From Octopus vulgaris (taxonomy: Eukaryota), in NCBI GenBank assembly GCA_951406725.2, contig OX597824.1:87854001-87918000 (forward strand): 64,000 nucleotides of DNA. Direction: 5' to 3'. This document shows, piece by piece, positions 37,040-50,673 of this stretch. Each line of letters opens with the position of its first letter. Position 1 is the stretch's first letter. Under the pieces are notes generated by a model. It saw only the letters and a program-made list of their open reading frames with translations. It searched no databases and was not told the origin of the DNA. Made by a program: the position numbers and the translations under genes.

Positions 37040-38958
37040 TCCCACAAAACAGGAAGAATAAATCAAAAAGAAAGCAGAAAAACGTGTCAAAATATTTTCG
37101 TCTCTTTGAAACCGCGACCTGTTCACTGTCAAAACTTCGTGCTGCATTTTGACGCATTAAATTTAAATGTTGAAGTGAATCTAAGGGTTTTTTTGTGTGT
37201 TCTTAAATGCTTATAAACATCTTCCATGCTGCAGTTGTTAAAATAATTTCATCTTATAAATATTCTATTAAGGCCGTGAAATTCTTCCCCAGCGCTCTCT
37301 TTTTATTTTATTTTTTTCTCAAACGGCCTGTTTGGAGTATTGGGGCATTGAAGTTAGTTGTATCATTATCGTAATTTCTATTCCATCTTGAAAAACTCCA
37401 GCAAAATCGGAAAAATTAAAAGCAAGCAACATACCCCCACAAAAAATTTTAAATGCCTCGAAAAAATTAACAAGAAACAATTGCAATATTCAAATTAATT
37501 CGCATTATTTTACTTTATAATGGAGTTTTATAAAATGGAAAAAAATCTGGAGCAAACAAGAAGAACAGGGAGAAAACCATTCAGACCCTGATATCAACAT
37601 CGTTATCAAAGTCAGGTTGGGGAGGAGAGGCGAAAGGGCGGAGGTAAAGAATATGTACTCCACCCTTTTACGTCGTAATAAAACCCCTAAATACTGGGTG
37701 TGCGTATTCTTTACTTCCGCCGACGAAAGTGAAACTACAGTTCTAAATTTTTACCTTGTTTACAAGACTTAAAATAACTGAGGTTTATGTAAGAAAATAT
37801 ACAACTTAATTTTAAATTTGTATTTTCAATTTGTCTCACATATTACATTTAAATTCAACTCTTTTCTTAACCTTCACCTTTTTGTCTGATTAGGAAGAAA
37901 AAACAGAACATTCAGATGTCTGCTTTGGCATGAAATCTTTAAAAAAAATGTTTTCTTTACGCCTGATAGTAAAACTCTTACGTATTTAATTTTTTTCCTG
38001 ATGAAATGCAGAGTTTTAATTCTCATTTCAATCTTGAAAATTCATTTTAGACTCACACACCATCAGTTTTCGTTCAAATTTTGACAAATGTAATTTGTGC
38101 TAAACATAGCGAACCTACACAAAAAAAAATTGTGAGCAATAATACACAATAAATACAACACGTTTTTTCCAAAGCATTTATTGTTTTCGTTTTCTCATAA
38201 CTTTCTGTTGTTAATGTTTATTTTTTAATTGGGCAATGTTTCGTTTTATGATCCAGAAAGTGAAACTACTGAAGTTGACAGAGCTTGGCATATTAGATAG
38301 AAATAATTTTATGTTTGGTAGTAATCCATTAAACTCAGCAATAAAACAAAAGTAGGAGAATGTTTTTCATTGAAGCTGAAAGTTTATTTTGAAATTGTTT
38401 ACTAGCGCAGGAGTGGCTGTGTGGTAAGTAGCTTGCTTACCAACCACATGGTTCCAGGTTCATTCCCATTGCGTGGCACCTTGGACAAGTGTCTTCTACG
38501 ATAGCCTTGGGCCGACCAAAGCCTTGTGAGTGGATTTGATAGACAGAAACTGATTGAAGCCTGTCGTATATATGTATATTTATATATATATATGTGTGTG
38601 TTGCCGTATTTCGTCTGCCGTTACGTTCTGAGTTCAAATTCTTCCATGGTCAACTTTGCCTTTCATCCTTTCGGGGTCGATAAATAAGTACCAGTTACGC
38701 ACTGGGGTCGATGTAATAGACCTAATCCATTTGTCTGTCCTTGTTTGGCCCCTTGTGGGTAGTGAAGAAATAAGTATTTCGCCTGTCTTTATGTTCTGAG
38801 TTCAAATTCCGCCCAGGTCGACTTTGCCTTTCATCCTTTTGGGGTCGATAAATTAAGTACCAGTTACGGACTGGGGTCAGTGTAATCGACTTAATCTGTT
38901 TGTCTGTCCTTGTTTGGCCCCTTGTGGGTAGTAAAGAAATATATGATAAAATTAAATA

Positions 38959-39340
38959 GGCGCAGGAGTGGCTGTGTGGTAAGTAGCTTGCTAACCAGCC
39001 ACATGGTTCCGGGTTCAGTCCCACTGCATGGCATCTTGGGCAAGTGTCTTCTGCTATAGCCCCGGGCCGACCAATGCCTTGTGAGTGGATTTGGTAGATG
39101 GAAACTGAAAGAAGCCTGTCGTATATATGTATATATATGTGTGTGTATGTTTGTGTGTCTGTGTTTGTCCCCCTAGCATTGCTCGACAACCGATGCTGGT
39201 GTGTTTATGTCCCCGTCACTTAGCGGTTCGGCAAAATAGACCGATAGAATAAGTACTGGGCTTACAAAAAGAATAAGTCCCGGGGTCAAGTTGCTCGATT
39301 ACAGGCAGTGCTCCAGCATTTGACTGAAACAAGTAAAAAA
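38959..39340 (+). mobile_element. SINE family A
   Basis: Full-length copy immediately beyond the RDH stop codon and donor site. Confidence 0.9.
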
Positions 39341-39374
39341 GTAAGCATAGAAAATATTATTTTTTACATACCTG

Positions 39375-40328
39375 TTAGGACAATCCAGTTAGTCTTTCAC
39401 TAAACTCCCAGAGTCTTTTGGCAACTTCTTCATTCAAAGCTTTATCGTGCCATTCTTTCCGTCGACAACCAGAATAATAGAACCCAGTTTCCTCAGCAAG
39501 TTGTTCCGAAACGGCACAATTGATGATTGATTGTGCTCCTTCTTTAGCGTTTAAAAACATTGGAAATAAAGGCTGTATGTACCGAATGAAAGCGGGAACA
39601 GAATGTTGAAGTAAATTTGTTCTTACAATTCCTGGATTGACACAGTACACGTTTACACTTATATCTCTTAGATGTTTGCTAAGCTCTCGACAGAACAAGC
39701 TGAGAGCAAGTTTACTGTTACAATAAGCAAGGGTTCGATCATAGCTTCTTTCAGAATTGAAATCCTTAAAGTCGATGTTTCCTCTAGCGTAAAGGAAACT
39801 CCCGACACAAACGACACGACTTGCTGAAGATTTCTTAAGTAGATCCAGTAAAAGATTAGTCAGTAAGAAATGCCCCAGGTAGTTCACTCCCATGTGCATC
39901 TCAAAACCATCTTCTGTTTGCATATAAGGACATCGAAAAACTCCAGCATTATTTACCAATATATCAATACGTGGTTCTTGCTCAATTATTGTCTGAGAAA
40001 ACTTTTGCACAGACTTCAGAGATGCTAAATCAAGTTTATGAAATAATACCTCTTGGTTAGATTGACAATGAATTTCGGCAGCACATTCTTCACCTTTGAT
40101 TTCATTGCGACAGGCTAGTATTACTTTGGCTCCCCTTAGTGACAGTTCCAATGCAGTTTCCTTACCAAGGCCAATATTGGCTCCAGTTACAATTGCTATT
40201 TTACCAGTGAGGTCAGCACGACTGAGACATGTTCTGTGACGAATTATGTAGCAGCGCAGTAAACACAAACATATAACAATCAAGGCAATTATTATGATAA
40301 CTAAAATAGCAAGTAGGTATGCCTCCAT
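39375..40328 (-). CDS. Retinol dehydrogenase 11/12/13-like short-chain dehydrogenase/reductase, 317 aa, single coding exon
   Basis: N-terminal signal-anchor, TGANIGLG, VILACRN, LDLASL, LVNNAG, TEDGFE...NYLGHFLLT, YCNSK active site, AKRLWEFSE. Confidence 0.95.
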   Translation of the reverse strand: MEAYLLAILVIIIIALIVICLCLLRCYIIRHRTCLSRADLTGKIAIVTGANIGLGKETALELSLRGAKVILACRNEIKGEECAAEIHCQSNQEVLFHKLDLASLKSVQKFSQTIIEQEPRIDILVNNAGVFRCPYMQTEDGFEMHMGVNYLGHFLLTNLLLDLLKKSSASRVVCVGSFLYARGNIDFKDFNSERSYDRTLAYCNSKLALSLFCRELSKHLRDISVNVYCVNPGIVRTNLLQHSVPAFIRYIQPLFPMFLNAKEGAQSIINCAVSEQLAEETGFYYSGCRRKEWHDKALNEEVAKRLWEFSERLTGLS

Positions 40329-40676
40329 TTAAAAACCTAGAAAAAAATTATTTTGTGGGGCTTTTTTTGCAGTTCTTTTCCCTTTTTTTTTGTTTTTCCT
40401 GCTTAGCTGTGAATTATGGTTGATTGTTGCTGAGAACTACCAGCTGCTGTCTTGTGCTTCAGACCTGATGTTATCATTTCAGGAAAATATTTTCATTTGT
40501 TGACTTAACCTACTTAACTTCAGAATATCAGTTGTTAAGTTTTCTATATTGGACATGTTCATATTAACTAATTTCGTATAGGACTACATTTCCACTAAGG
40601 GGTTTCAAACACAGACTTTGTTCTCGAAATCCCAGAGTTAACTGTAGATGACAGTAAGTTTATCTGCTGTATAACT

Positions 40677-40980
40677 TTTTGTAAGCCTAGTGCTTATTCT
40701 ATTGGTCTCTTTTGCCGAACCAGTAAGTAACAGGGACATAAACACACCAGCATCGGTTGTCAAGCGATGTTGGGAGGACAAACACAGACACACAAACACA
40801 CACACACATATATACGATGGGCTTCTTTCAGTTTCCGTCTATCAAATCCACTCACAAGGTTTTGGTCGGCCCGAGGCTATAATAGTAGAAGACACTTGCC
40901 CAAGGTGCCACACAGTGGGACTGATCCCGGAACCATGTGGTTCATAAGCAAGCTACTTACCACACACCCACTCCTACGCC
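40677..40980 (-). mobile_element. SINE family A
   Basis: Reverse-complement copy upstream of the RDH exon. Confidence 0.88.
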
Positions 40981-41488
40981 TATATATATCATCATCATCA
41001 TCATCATCGTTTAACATCCATTTTCCATGGGATGGACGGTTCAACCGGGATCTGGGAAGCCAGGAGGCTGCACCAGGCTCCAGTCTGATCTGGCAGTGTT
41101 TCTACAGCTGGATGCCCTTCCTAACGCCAACCACTCTGACGGTGTAGTGGGTTCTTTTACGTGCCACCGGCACAGGTGCGAGGCGAGGCTGGCAACGGCC
41201 AGGATCGGTTGGTGCTTTTTACGTGCCATCGGCACGGAAGCCAGTCAAGGTATATATATATGTATATATATATGCTGTAATCTCTCGCCATATCGCAGTT
41301 CACCCATCATGGTTTATTTAAGTTTATGTTGATTCCTATTTGGTGTTGTTTTGCATCTATATTAAAATAAATATATACAAATTATGAAAATAAGGAAAAA
41401 AATATGCAGTACAGTACTGTTTCTACTTCATGGATTTTCACCTATTGCAGGGGTTTTGGAACATAATACCCGCGATAATCAAGAGATT

Positions 41489-41518
<30 letters not shown>

Positions 41519-41523
<5 letters not shown>

Positions 41524-42806
41524 GGTGCCATGGGTAAATTGTTGCCATTCTATGTTTTTAATTTCGCTTATGTGCATAATTTATCTTAGATTTTGTTGAT
41601 TAAACAGTATAGTAGGGTCTGTTGGGCACCGTCTGTGAGAAAAACAGCACCCTGATGCAATTCACTCTGCCAGAAATTTGAAAATGATATACTGTACTGG
41701 TTGGCATTTGTGCCTGAAGCTCCAATACAAACAGATGGTGAACACACAGAATAAATGTAGAATTGCCGTGTCCCCAAAACATGTACCGAGAGTGATAAAA
41801 ATCAAACATCCAGTCAGCATCATGGTGTTTGGGGTGATCACTAGTGATGGCAATGTTATGCCTCCATTCATCTTCCCACATGGTGTCAGACTCAACATGG
41901 AGCTCTACATCAAGTGTCTGGAGAAGGTAGTGCTGTCCTGGATCAAGAGGGTGGTTGGTGGAAGACTCTGTCTCTGGTAACAGGGCTCTACACCATGCCA
42001 CACAAGCAGGAGAACCTAGTTATGGCTGTCAGACAATATCTGCGATCACATCACCCCTAACATCTGGCCACCTAACTCCCCAGACTGCAACCCCCTTGAT
42101 TATTATGTGTGAGGTGCAGTTGAGCAAGAGACCAACAAAACTCCTTGTAACACCAAAGATGAACTGAAGGCAAAGATTATGCAGTATTCATCAACATAAA
42201 CAAGGACACCGTCCAGAAGAGTTGCAGGAGATATGCATTCATATTAAGTTTCAAATTTTGATCCAAAGCCAATGGGGATTTTATTGAATAAATTTACTCT
42301 TTAGTATTTCAAGACATTTTAAAGTAATTTTGGTAAAACTCTATATATATAAAGCTGAAATTGTCTGTGTATGGCAGGTTTGGTAGCCTTCAACTAACAC
42401 TATCTCCTCCGAGACCCTGTGGCACAAGTTGACTAAAATTGAGAGTATGATAGAAGAAGGCTTGCTCTTCCTTCCGTAGAAGAAAAATTCAAATCGAACC
42501 ATGTTAACACCAAAAATTATTTACATCAAAAAGGTGCTTTTTTTTCTATGAAAATCCCTATTTTTTAAGATTTTTTTTACTGCTGTGTCACCATTTTTCA
42601 GTGTATTTCAACCAGAAAAATGTTCACTTAAAGAGAATAACAAGCTACATAATGCAAAATTTTTACTTTTCAAAAATTCCAATTCTAAAGGGTCGAAACA
42701 AACCCGAGCAACACCGGGCGATACTGCTAGTATATCTGTTAAAATGAGATGTCAGTGTTATTTTCATTTTTGCATAATTTAGACAACATGTTCACCACAC
42801 CCTGTA
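41519..42806 (+). mobile_element. Decayed Tc1/mariner (maT, DD37D-type) transposon with nested Helitron
   Basis: KHPVSIMVFGVITSDG...W*QGSTPCH...WPPNSPDCNPLDYY, 37 residues between the mutated D2 position and D3; degenerate TIRs ending caccctg|TA. Confidence 0.85.
42340..42730 (+). mobile_element. Non-autonomous Helitron-like element
   Basis: TC(TA)n start, hairpin plus CTAG|T end. Confidence 0.78.
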
Positions 42807-43639
42807 CGTGTGTGTGTGAAGTATTTTTTGCATTGTAGAAGTACAACCAATTTATTGTATGTAAACTACTTCAACAATAAAATCTTATATAGTCCCCAAG
42901 GGCTATATGAACCCCAGTTCAGAGCCACAGTTCCACAGGTTTCTGTCATTTGAATGTTATTATGTGGGGATCAGTAAACAAGTGCCTTCAGGCTAGGTTT
43001 CTCCCATGGCCTTATTTCATCCAACCAACCAACCACCTTAAATGAATATGTAACATTACAAACATAATTCTTACTAGAGCTTTTCACTCTTTGGATTGTA
43101 GGCCATCAATGACTTTTCTCTACTGTTCTCAATTCTGGACTGTTTTTTCTGATTATTTTTCTGTTGGAAGGCCTTCATCTCACATTGTTGGTTTCAGCCT
43201 CCCCTGGCACTTGTGCCGGTGGCACGTAAAAAGCACCCACTACACTCACGGAGTGGTTGGCGTTAGAAAGGGCATCCAGCTGTAGAAACACTGCCAGATC
43301 AGACTGGAGCCTGGTGCAGCCTTCTGGCTTCCCAGATCCCCGGTCGAACCATCCAACCCGTACTAGCATGGAGAACGGACAGTAAACAATGATGATGATG
43401 ATGATGAATTGTCATTGATGTTAAATGATTTGGGAAAGGGAAGCCTCTGGTATTGAAGAATAAGGTAAGCTGCTGTGAGAGCTTTTTAAAATAGAGGATG
43501 AGAGCCAAATTTGAGGAGACGAAGAGATAAATTAAGGAAGGTATTCTTGGGGGAAGAGGTGGAAAGTAAAGTGCTGCCACCGGGGACTGTTGTTCAATCA
43601 ACAAAGAATAAGATCAAGCCCAAAGTTAGGCTTTTTGGA

Positions 43640-44460
43640 GATGAATGACCATGTGTACACATCACATGGGTGGTGAGGCTATAGATGTAAGTGGGGAGAT
43701 CTTGTGAGAGTGGAGACAAATGATGAGGCTTTCATGATAGTCAGCCTATCTACAACTTCATGTAGTCAAGAAATTGCAGGAACATTCGCTGGTAAGAACA
43801 GGGTATGGTGTACTACTTGACTAAGTTACAATTTGGGAGGAACTTGGCACCAAGGATCATGACTGCAATCTTCAAGACAGTACCAAAAAATATGAACAGA
43901 GTGAAATGGGCCATTAACTCCTACAAAGAATATATCTTAGTGGATGAGACAGTAGTGATGTCTATACAGGTTATAAATCATCTTAAGTTTTTGGGGTTGG
44001 CTGTGAAACCACCAGATTCTGTGATAGGGAAGACTGTTGGTATTAAGATTGGATAAAGTCAGGTCAGGTGAGCTGTTGTTTCAGAAGGGAAGTGAGATTC
44101 CTGACTCGAAAGATAATCTATGTTTTCAGGAGGTGCTTTCAATGTGCAGTCAACACTAAGATATCACTATCCTATCACAGAGCTATGTGAAAAGGGGGGC
44201 TAATGGAGTAAGCTGGGCAAAGAATATTGGAGAAAGGACAGTGGCAGTGATGCTGAAGTTGAGGATGTGGCCTGGCTTAGGAAGGAAGATAATTGCAATC
44301 ACATCAATGTAACTAAAGTGGATGCTGAGTTGGTAGGCAAAAATTTAGCCCTAGGGTTTGTGTGATATCCAGATCTGAACTGCTTTGGTTACTGTGCTTG
44401 GGTGTATTATTGCTGATAATTATCAGCAATATGAGTCTAAATAAAGGAAGCTGTGAACAT
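43640..44460 (+). mobile_element. Decayed LTR (Gypsy-like) retrotransposon RT relic
   Basis: SAYLQLHV..., YYLTKLQFGRNLAPRIMTAI..., SYKEYILVDE (degenerate YxDD), HLKFLGLAVKPP. Confidence 0.55.
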
Positions 44461-45039
44461 GATCAAGTGAGGCAGGAATTTCAACCGTGTTTTGTGGTCT
44501 GCTACCACAACAGCTGCTTTATAGGATCCAGTTAGCTCAAGACATCATCAGGAGGAACCATGCCCAGTTTCGGCCCCTACTCCTCTACCGTTTTGATGTG
44601 TCAAATTTTTCCCTTTAAATACCTGCTGTTAGGCTCCAGCAGTCAGCCCCAGCAAGTTGTCACGTGACACTGTCTCAACTTTAACTGACCAATGAAGGCG
44701 CGTAGTGTTCATTGAGAGAGTTGATTGCCAAAATTTGACCTGAAGCTGTGAGTAGTCTTGATGCCCTCAGAGAACTTTATATCCTCTTTTCCATTTTGCT
44801 CATCTACAGGAATCTGAAGTAGTAGAATATACTTTTTATTGCCTTCAGTGTTTACCGTTTTACAAAATCAAACTAGAAAACTAGAGAACACAATTGAAAA
44901 GATTAAAAAGAAAAAAGAAAAAAAAAGAGAAAAAGAAAAAAAGGTAAAAAGGAAAGAGAAAAAAGAAAAAAGAGAAAAAAGAAAAAAAAACAATTCACCA
45001 CCTTGGGTTGAAAAGTTGAGGGCGCTGGGAAACCTCTCT

Positions 45040-45850
45040 AATGGCTAGTGAGACACACCAGCATGGTTGCAGCATTGCCATGGGTGATGGCGAGGCTGAG
45101 GCGCTGGAACAGCCAAGCGCCCTCATGAGCCTCACCAGTTACCTCTGCATGGCAAGTTGTCAGTGAAGACAGGAATCTTGCAGTTAGTGGCCTGACCCCA
45201 CCAAACGTCTTGAATGCCCACAGGATGGAAAATGTGGTTGGCCGACAGATCGAGGTATTTCAGGATTTTGTTCCGCTCAGCCACAGAAGCTGTGGATCTC
45301 ACCCTGACCACAGCATCCAGGATGTGAAAAGAAGCAAAGGAGTAGCTTGTCCCAGACAAGGCATCTGCCTTGCGACCAGGGGCACAGGGTGAGGCCGCCG
45401 GGTCTCTTCCCATCATATCGGGACAATCCAGATGGTTCCAAGATGGCAGGGATGTTTACCCAAGTCAAGCTCCTCTTGAGTATCAGGTTCAACTCCATAT
45501 GAGGCATGAAGCGACCAGCATTCAGACAGCAAGAAAGTCCATGGAGGCCTGTGGAGTCGAGGAACCTGTCACAACGACAGATCAAACCAGTGCATACGTC
45601 AGCTCCCACTCTGAGGACAATGGAAACACAAAGTTCGTCCAAGCTGAGTAGGCTACCAACATTAGCCACGGAGATGGCATCAATCTAGTCACCTGAGTAT
45701 TTGGCGCTAGCTGACAGTAAGCGGCACCTTGAAAACTGGTCCAACTGGAGGAAGAGGGAGTCGAAGGTGGCCTTCGAAATTATGTTGTCCTAAGCTCTCC
45801 GACCCCGACAGTCCTTCATCTTCTCAGGAACAGACAAGCCCGATTCCCTC
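45040..45850 (-). mobile_element. CRE-like non-LTR retrotransposon relic, second copy
   Basis: LRVGADVCTGLICRCDRFLDSTGLHGLSCC...LEPSGLSRYDGKRPGGLTLCPWSQGRCLVWD...AERNKILKY. Confidence 0.78.
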
Positions 45851-46397
45851 CAAATATGTTTGTACCATGAAATTTTCTTTTTCTACTTTGATGAATTTAT
45901 ACTTCAGATTATGATCTTTAAAAGAAAAGTATCAAATTTAACGATTAAGGAATCCTTTAATGACTATCTCCACTTAGAACTATTCATTTCTTGAAAACTC
46001 CACTTGTAACAGGCACACCCTGTCCCGCGTTTTTTCTTTTTCCGACAAACTTCTGATATTCAAAATAAAATGAGATATTACTTTTCATTGAGATGAGAAT
46101 AAATAAGGATTTTACAAAAGAACATCCATAAATAAAGATGTTCTTTAAAATGAATAAATCAGTTTGATTAATGCATTTAATTCTTAATACAGAATATATT
46201 AAGATACAGCGCAACTTTTAATAACTCTAATTTTTTTAATGGTAAACAACCAAGTTGTATAATTATATTTATTGATTATATCTTACACATTCAAGACATT
46301 TATTCGGTTACTTGCGTGTATATTAAAATTAATAATATTATATGCTCTCATTTATTTCAGGGTAAAGACGATCGCAAGAGTTTTAATGTATTAATTA

Positions 46398-46780
46398 ACA
46401 GTATCGCCCGGAGTTGCTAGGGTTTGTTTCGACCCTTTAGAATTGGAATTTTTGAAAAGTAAAAATTTTGCATTATGTAGCTTGTTATTCTCTTTAAGTG
46501 AACATTTTTCCGGTTGAAATACACCGAAAAATAGCGACAGAGAAGTCAAAAAATCATTAAAAAATAGGGATTTTCATGGGGAAAAAAAAAGCACCTTTTT
46601 GATGTAAATAATTTTTGGTGTTAACATGGTCCGATTTGAATTTTTCTTCTACTGAAGGAAGAGCAAGGCTTCTTCTATCATACTCTCAATTTTGGTCAAC
46701 TTGCATCGCAGGGTTTCGGAGGAGGCAGTGTTAGTTGAAGGCTACCAAACCTGCCATACACAGACAACTTTATATAGAGA
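46398..46780 (-). mobile_element. Non-autonomous Helitron-like element
   Basis: Same family as 653-1020. Confidence 0.72.
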
Positions 46781-48028
46781 GAGATTAGGTGGATGTCCGC
46801 AAACTGGTGACGCCGTTCGCACACCGGTCGAATTACCGACAGGGAAGAATTATGGTCTTCCTCATACTTCTAAGGCTGTTATCATGATTATATATTCTCT
46901 ATGACAGCATCAACTGTATTTAATATATATAAAAATATTCATCTAGCACAGAACAATAGCAGTGCAAGGTTTGGAAACATTTCATGTCCGCATACTGGTA
47001 GGCTCGGCTTATTTATTTTGTAAGTAAAATATTTTTATTCTAAAGTTTTTTGTCGTGTAATAGAATCGAAATGAGCCAAAATTCTCTTTTAATGCGATTG
47101 TTATTCGTGGCGACAAATCTGTATAAAAACCAAGGGTTCTCAACTTGGAGTACGTGCAGCCCAGCTGTTGTGCGAGATGGAATTTCATGGGATTTGTGAC
47201 ACAGTTTATTAAATTAATTTTTCAAAATTAAATCGTTGACCAACTCAAATAACCGAATTGCATTAAATACACCAAGAACTTTATTAAAAGATTATTTCCT
47301 CAAGTTGTGTCATTTCATTTACAACGACAGGCTTCTGGGACTGGATCCAGTTCCCTTTCGTCCACGCTAGGACCCACCTGAATCCACAGGTACACCTGTG
47401 GATCACAGTCTGCAAGAAAGTCCCACGTTTTCATAAAAGCAGGAACAAAGAAATCATTTAATTCTATGTTTGCAATTGGGTTTGTTTTTTTCACTGTTTA
47501 TATATTTTTTCTAATTGCTCAATTTATATTTACCATTTTATGCTTAGAGAGAAAAGTTTAAAATTGTTTGAGTTCGATTTATTCATCTGCAGCACTGAAT
47601 ATAGTCCAATTTGTTTTTTCGAAAATAAGTTAGTTACTATATAAAATTATAATAAATTACGGCAATGTTTCGTTTGTAGAAACATTGCCTAAATTACTAT
47701 AAAATTATAATAAATTACTATAAAATTATAATAACTAATTACTTTTATGGAGTTGCGAAAATTGATCGAAACTTAAGTTATCAGTTTGCAATTTTCTTTG
47801 GCAAAATAAATATTTAAATAAAAAGAACATTTTTACAGTAAAATCAATATCAATTATTATTAAATAATAGTTTGGCGTCTTTTACTTTAATTTCCCACTC
47901 GTAACTTCAATATATTTTGGCACCGAAAACCGGCCCAAAACGCCTTAATGTACAGGCCAGAAATTCGCGATAAACAACATTCTTCTTTCACGAAATTCCC
48001 ACTTTAAAATCAGTTCTTTTAGTAAAGG

Positions 48029-48216
48029 CACTAGCATAGCGGGGGGAGTGCGGTCCGCCCCGGGCGGTAAATCTAAAGGTGCACCACTTTGGGCTCTGCT
48101 GTAGACAATATGCGTTTTTTTGTGTGTGTGTGTGTATGGGGGGGGGAGTCGTGGGATCCGGGGGCGGCAAACAGAAGGGCCGCCCTGGACGACACACACT
48201 CTAGCCAACGCTAGTG
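48029..48216. mobile_element. hAT-like MITE
   Basis: cactagc...gctagtg TIRs, flanked by perfect 8-bp TSD agtaaagg (48021-48028, 48217-48224). Confidence 0.8.
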
Positions 48217-48408
48217 AGTAAAGGTTTTGATAAAGCATAATTTTTTTTACAGTTCTTCTTATATACAAAGAGCCCTAGTTTCGGGAATTCCAGGGTTTTA
48301 AGGAGTATAGAGTCCCCTCTTACCCATAGTTTATAGATACACAGGTAGAGTTGTTTGTAGGCTGTTATGTAAACGTATGTATGTATGTGAAAAAAAACCT
48401 GTCGCATA

Positions 48409-48447
<39 letters not shown>

Positions 48448-49465
48448 ATATATACATACATATATGTACATACCTACATACCCCTTGGATTTGGTTTAAT
48501 CTTTTTATGTATTTACAAATTATATGATTTTAAATAGATTTCGTTTTTGGATTTGGTTTGCAAGGTTCTTTATGAGTTCGTGTGTTGAAGCATATTCTGT
48601 TGTGTCTGGGGAGAGTAATTTTCTTTTTGTGTCTTATAATATAACACACTCACCGGTAAAATTTCCACTTTTTTCTTATTTTTATTTTCCTAAAATTTTC
48701 GTTGCGTCTTGCAACATTTTCAATAGTTTTATAAATAGAATTATAAAATTATAAGGGCAACTACCAAGTAATGCCACATGCTAGAAAAAGATGCCAAATA
48801 CACACACACAATCCCAAATGTATATAATCTACAAGTTTGAAGAAACAGTAATTCACACTGAGAAAAAGCAGCAATTTTTCAATAACAATATTCCTAAAAA
48901 CTGGATTAAGTTAACGTGTGTTGTAGAGGTAGTGTGGTGCATATAAATGTATTTGGAAAGTCAGAGGTGAAAGAAAAGCTTTAGTCTTTAATTCTTTTTG
49001 AGTTATGCATGTAGTGTGAACAGGAAATGTTGCTGAAATAAAAGAAAGGAAATCAATACATGATCAGTAAGCCAATGGAATAGAGATATAGCAAATCAAT
49101 GTCTTGTTGAGCTGAAATGTATATTTTAAGAAGACTAGCTGAAACAAAAGTATAAAATGATCAATTCTTCAAACTCTTTACTCTCACTGTGTAAACATGT
49201 GCATTAAAAACTGGTTTAAAAAGGAGAGAAGGATCTAAGCTATTTTCAAACCTAGAAACACTATTCTTTTCATCTTTTGTTTGTTCCAGTTATTGGACTT
49301 TGGCCATGCTGGGGCAAAGCCTTAAAGTTTAGCTTAAAGTTTTGGACTTAATCTATTAGTTTCTTTTGCCATACTACTAAGTTATGGGGTCATAAACAAA
49401 CAACTTTTCAAACCTTAATTTTTCCATCATTTTGAAATAAGTAGCAATAAATGTATGTGTGTGTG

Positions 49466-49509
<44 letters not shown>

Positions 49510-50027
49510 TCATCCTTGTCTAGGTATTGTGTGACAGTTGTGAGTGAGTGTCACCATTGTAATATCAGTGTCTTTTGTTTCCAATCTTCTGTGAAGACAT
49601 GTCTGGCCATAGGAAAATATTACTTTATTTCAAGCAGGTTTTGACTCAAATTAAGAAAAAGTTCATTAATTAGAGGGTTGGTGACAGGAAGGGCATCCAA
49701 TCATAGAAAATCCACCTCAACAGATTCCATCTGACCCATGCAAGCATGGAAAAATGGATGTTAAATGATGACGATGATGATGATGATGCCTGTATTAATG
49801 GACATAGTACTGTGAAGGTTGGGCTGGCACTGATTGTTATAGGAGAGCTGTTGAGAGGGTTTGGGGTTCAAGTGGTTACTTCTAGGAGGTCGATCAGGAA
49901 ATGCATACATAACCAGTGTTCAAATTTCAAGCAGGTTTTGACTCCAATTAAGAAAAAGTTCATTTTAAAGCCTTTTGGGGGGAGCTCAAAATGATGTCCT
50001 TGCTGGAGTTATTGAATAAACTCGTTA

Positions 50028-50455
50028 CTCTTTACTCTTTTACTTGTTTGAGTCATTTGACTGTGGCCATGCTGGAGCACTGCCTTTAGTTGAGCAAATC
50101 GACGCCCAGGACTTATTCTTTGTAAGCCTAGTACTTATTCTATTGGTCTATTTTGCCGAACTGCTAAGTTATGGGGACGTAAACACACCAGCATCGGTTG
50201 TCAAGCGATGTTGGAGGGACAAACACAGACACACAAACATATATACATATATATATATATATAAACAAGTCAAATTGCGATAAAATATATATATATACAT
50301 ATATACGACGGGCTTCTTTCCGTTTCCGTCTACCAAATCCACTCACAAGGCCCGAGGCTATAATAGAAGACACTTGCCCAAGGTGCTGCGCAGTGGGACT
50401 GAACCCGGAACCATGTGGTTGGTAAGCAAGCTACTTACCACACAGCCACTCCTAT
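50028..50455 (-). mobile_element. SINE family A
   Basis: Reverse-complement copy; another at ~50855-51260. Confidence 0.88.
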
Positions 50456-50673
50456 GTCTCTAATAAACTGTCATAATAAGTGTTAACAAACTTCATGACC
50501 CATCACCCACCCACCCTCACCCACAAAGTGAAATCCCTTTTAATCTACAATTCCCACAGTTGCATGTTTAAAAATATGCTTCCTATTGCACCCAGAATTA
50601 TTACTGGATGTGATTATTTTTCATTAATTATTTTAATTAGAATTGGTCTGTCTGCTGATTTTACTCCTTCAAT

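Noticed and set aside
44640-44760. GTCACGTGAC and CCAAT as the RDH promoter
   Set aside because: Adjacent to an LTR-retrotransposon relic and cannot be tied to a gene from sequence alone
44839-45048. K/E/R-rich 69-aa ORF
   Set aside because: A-rich low-complexity tract next to a retroelement end
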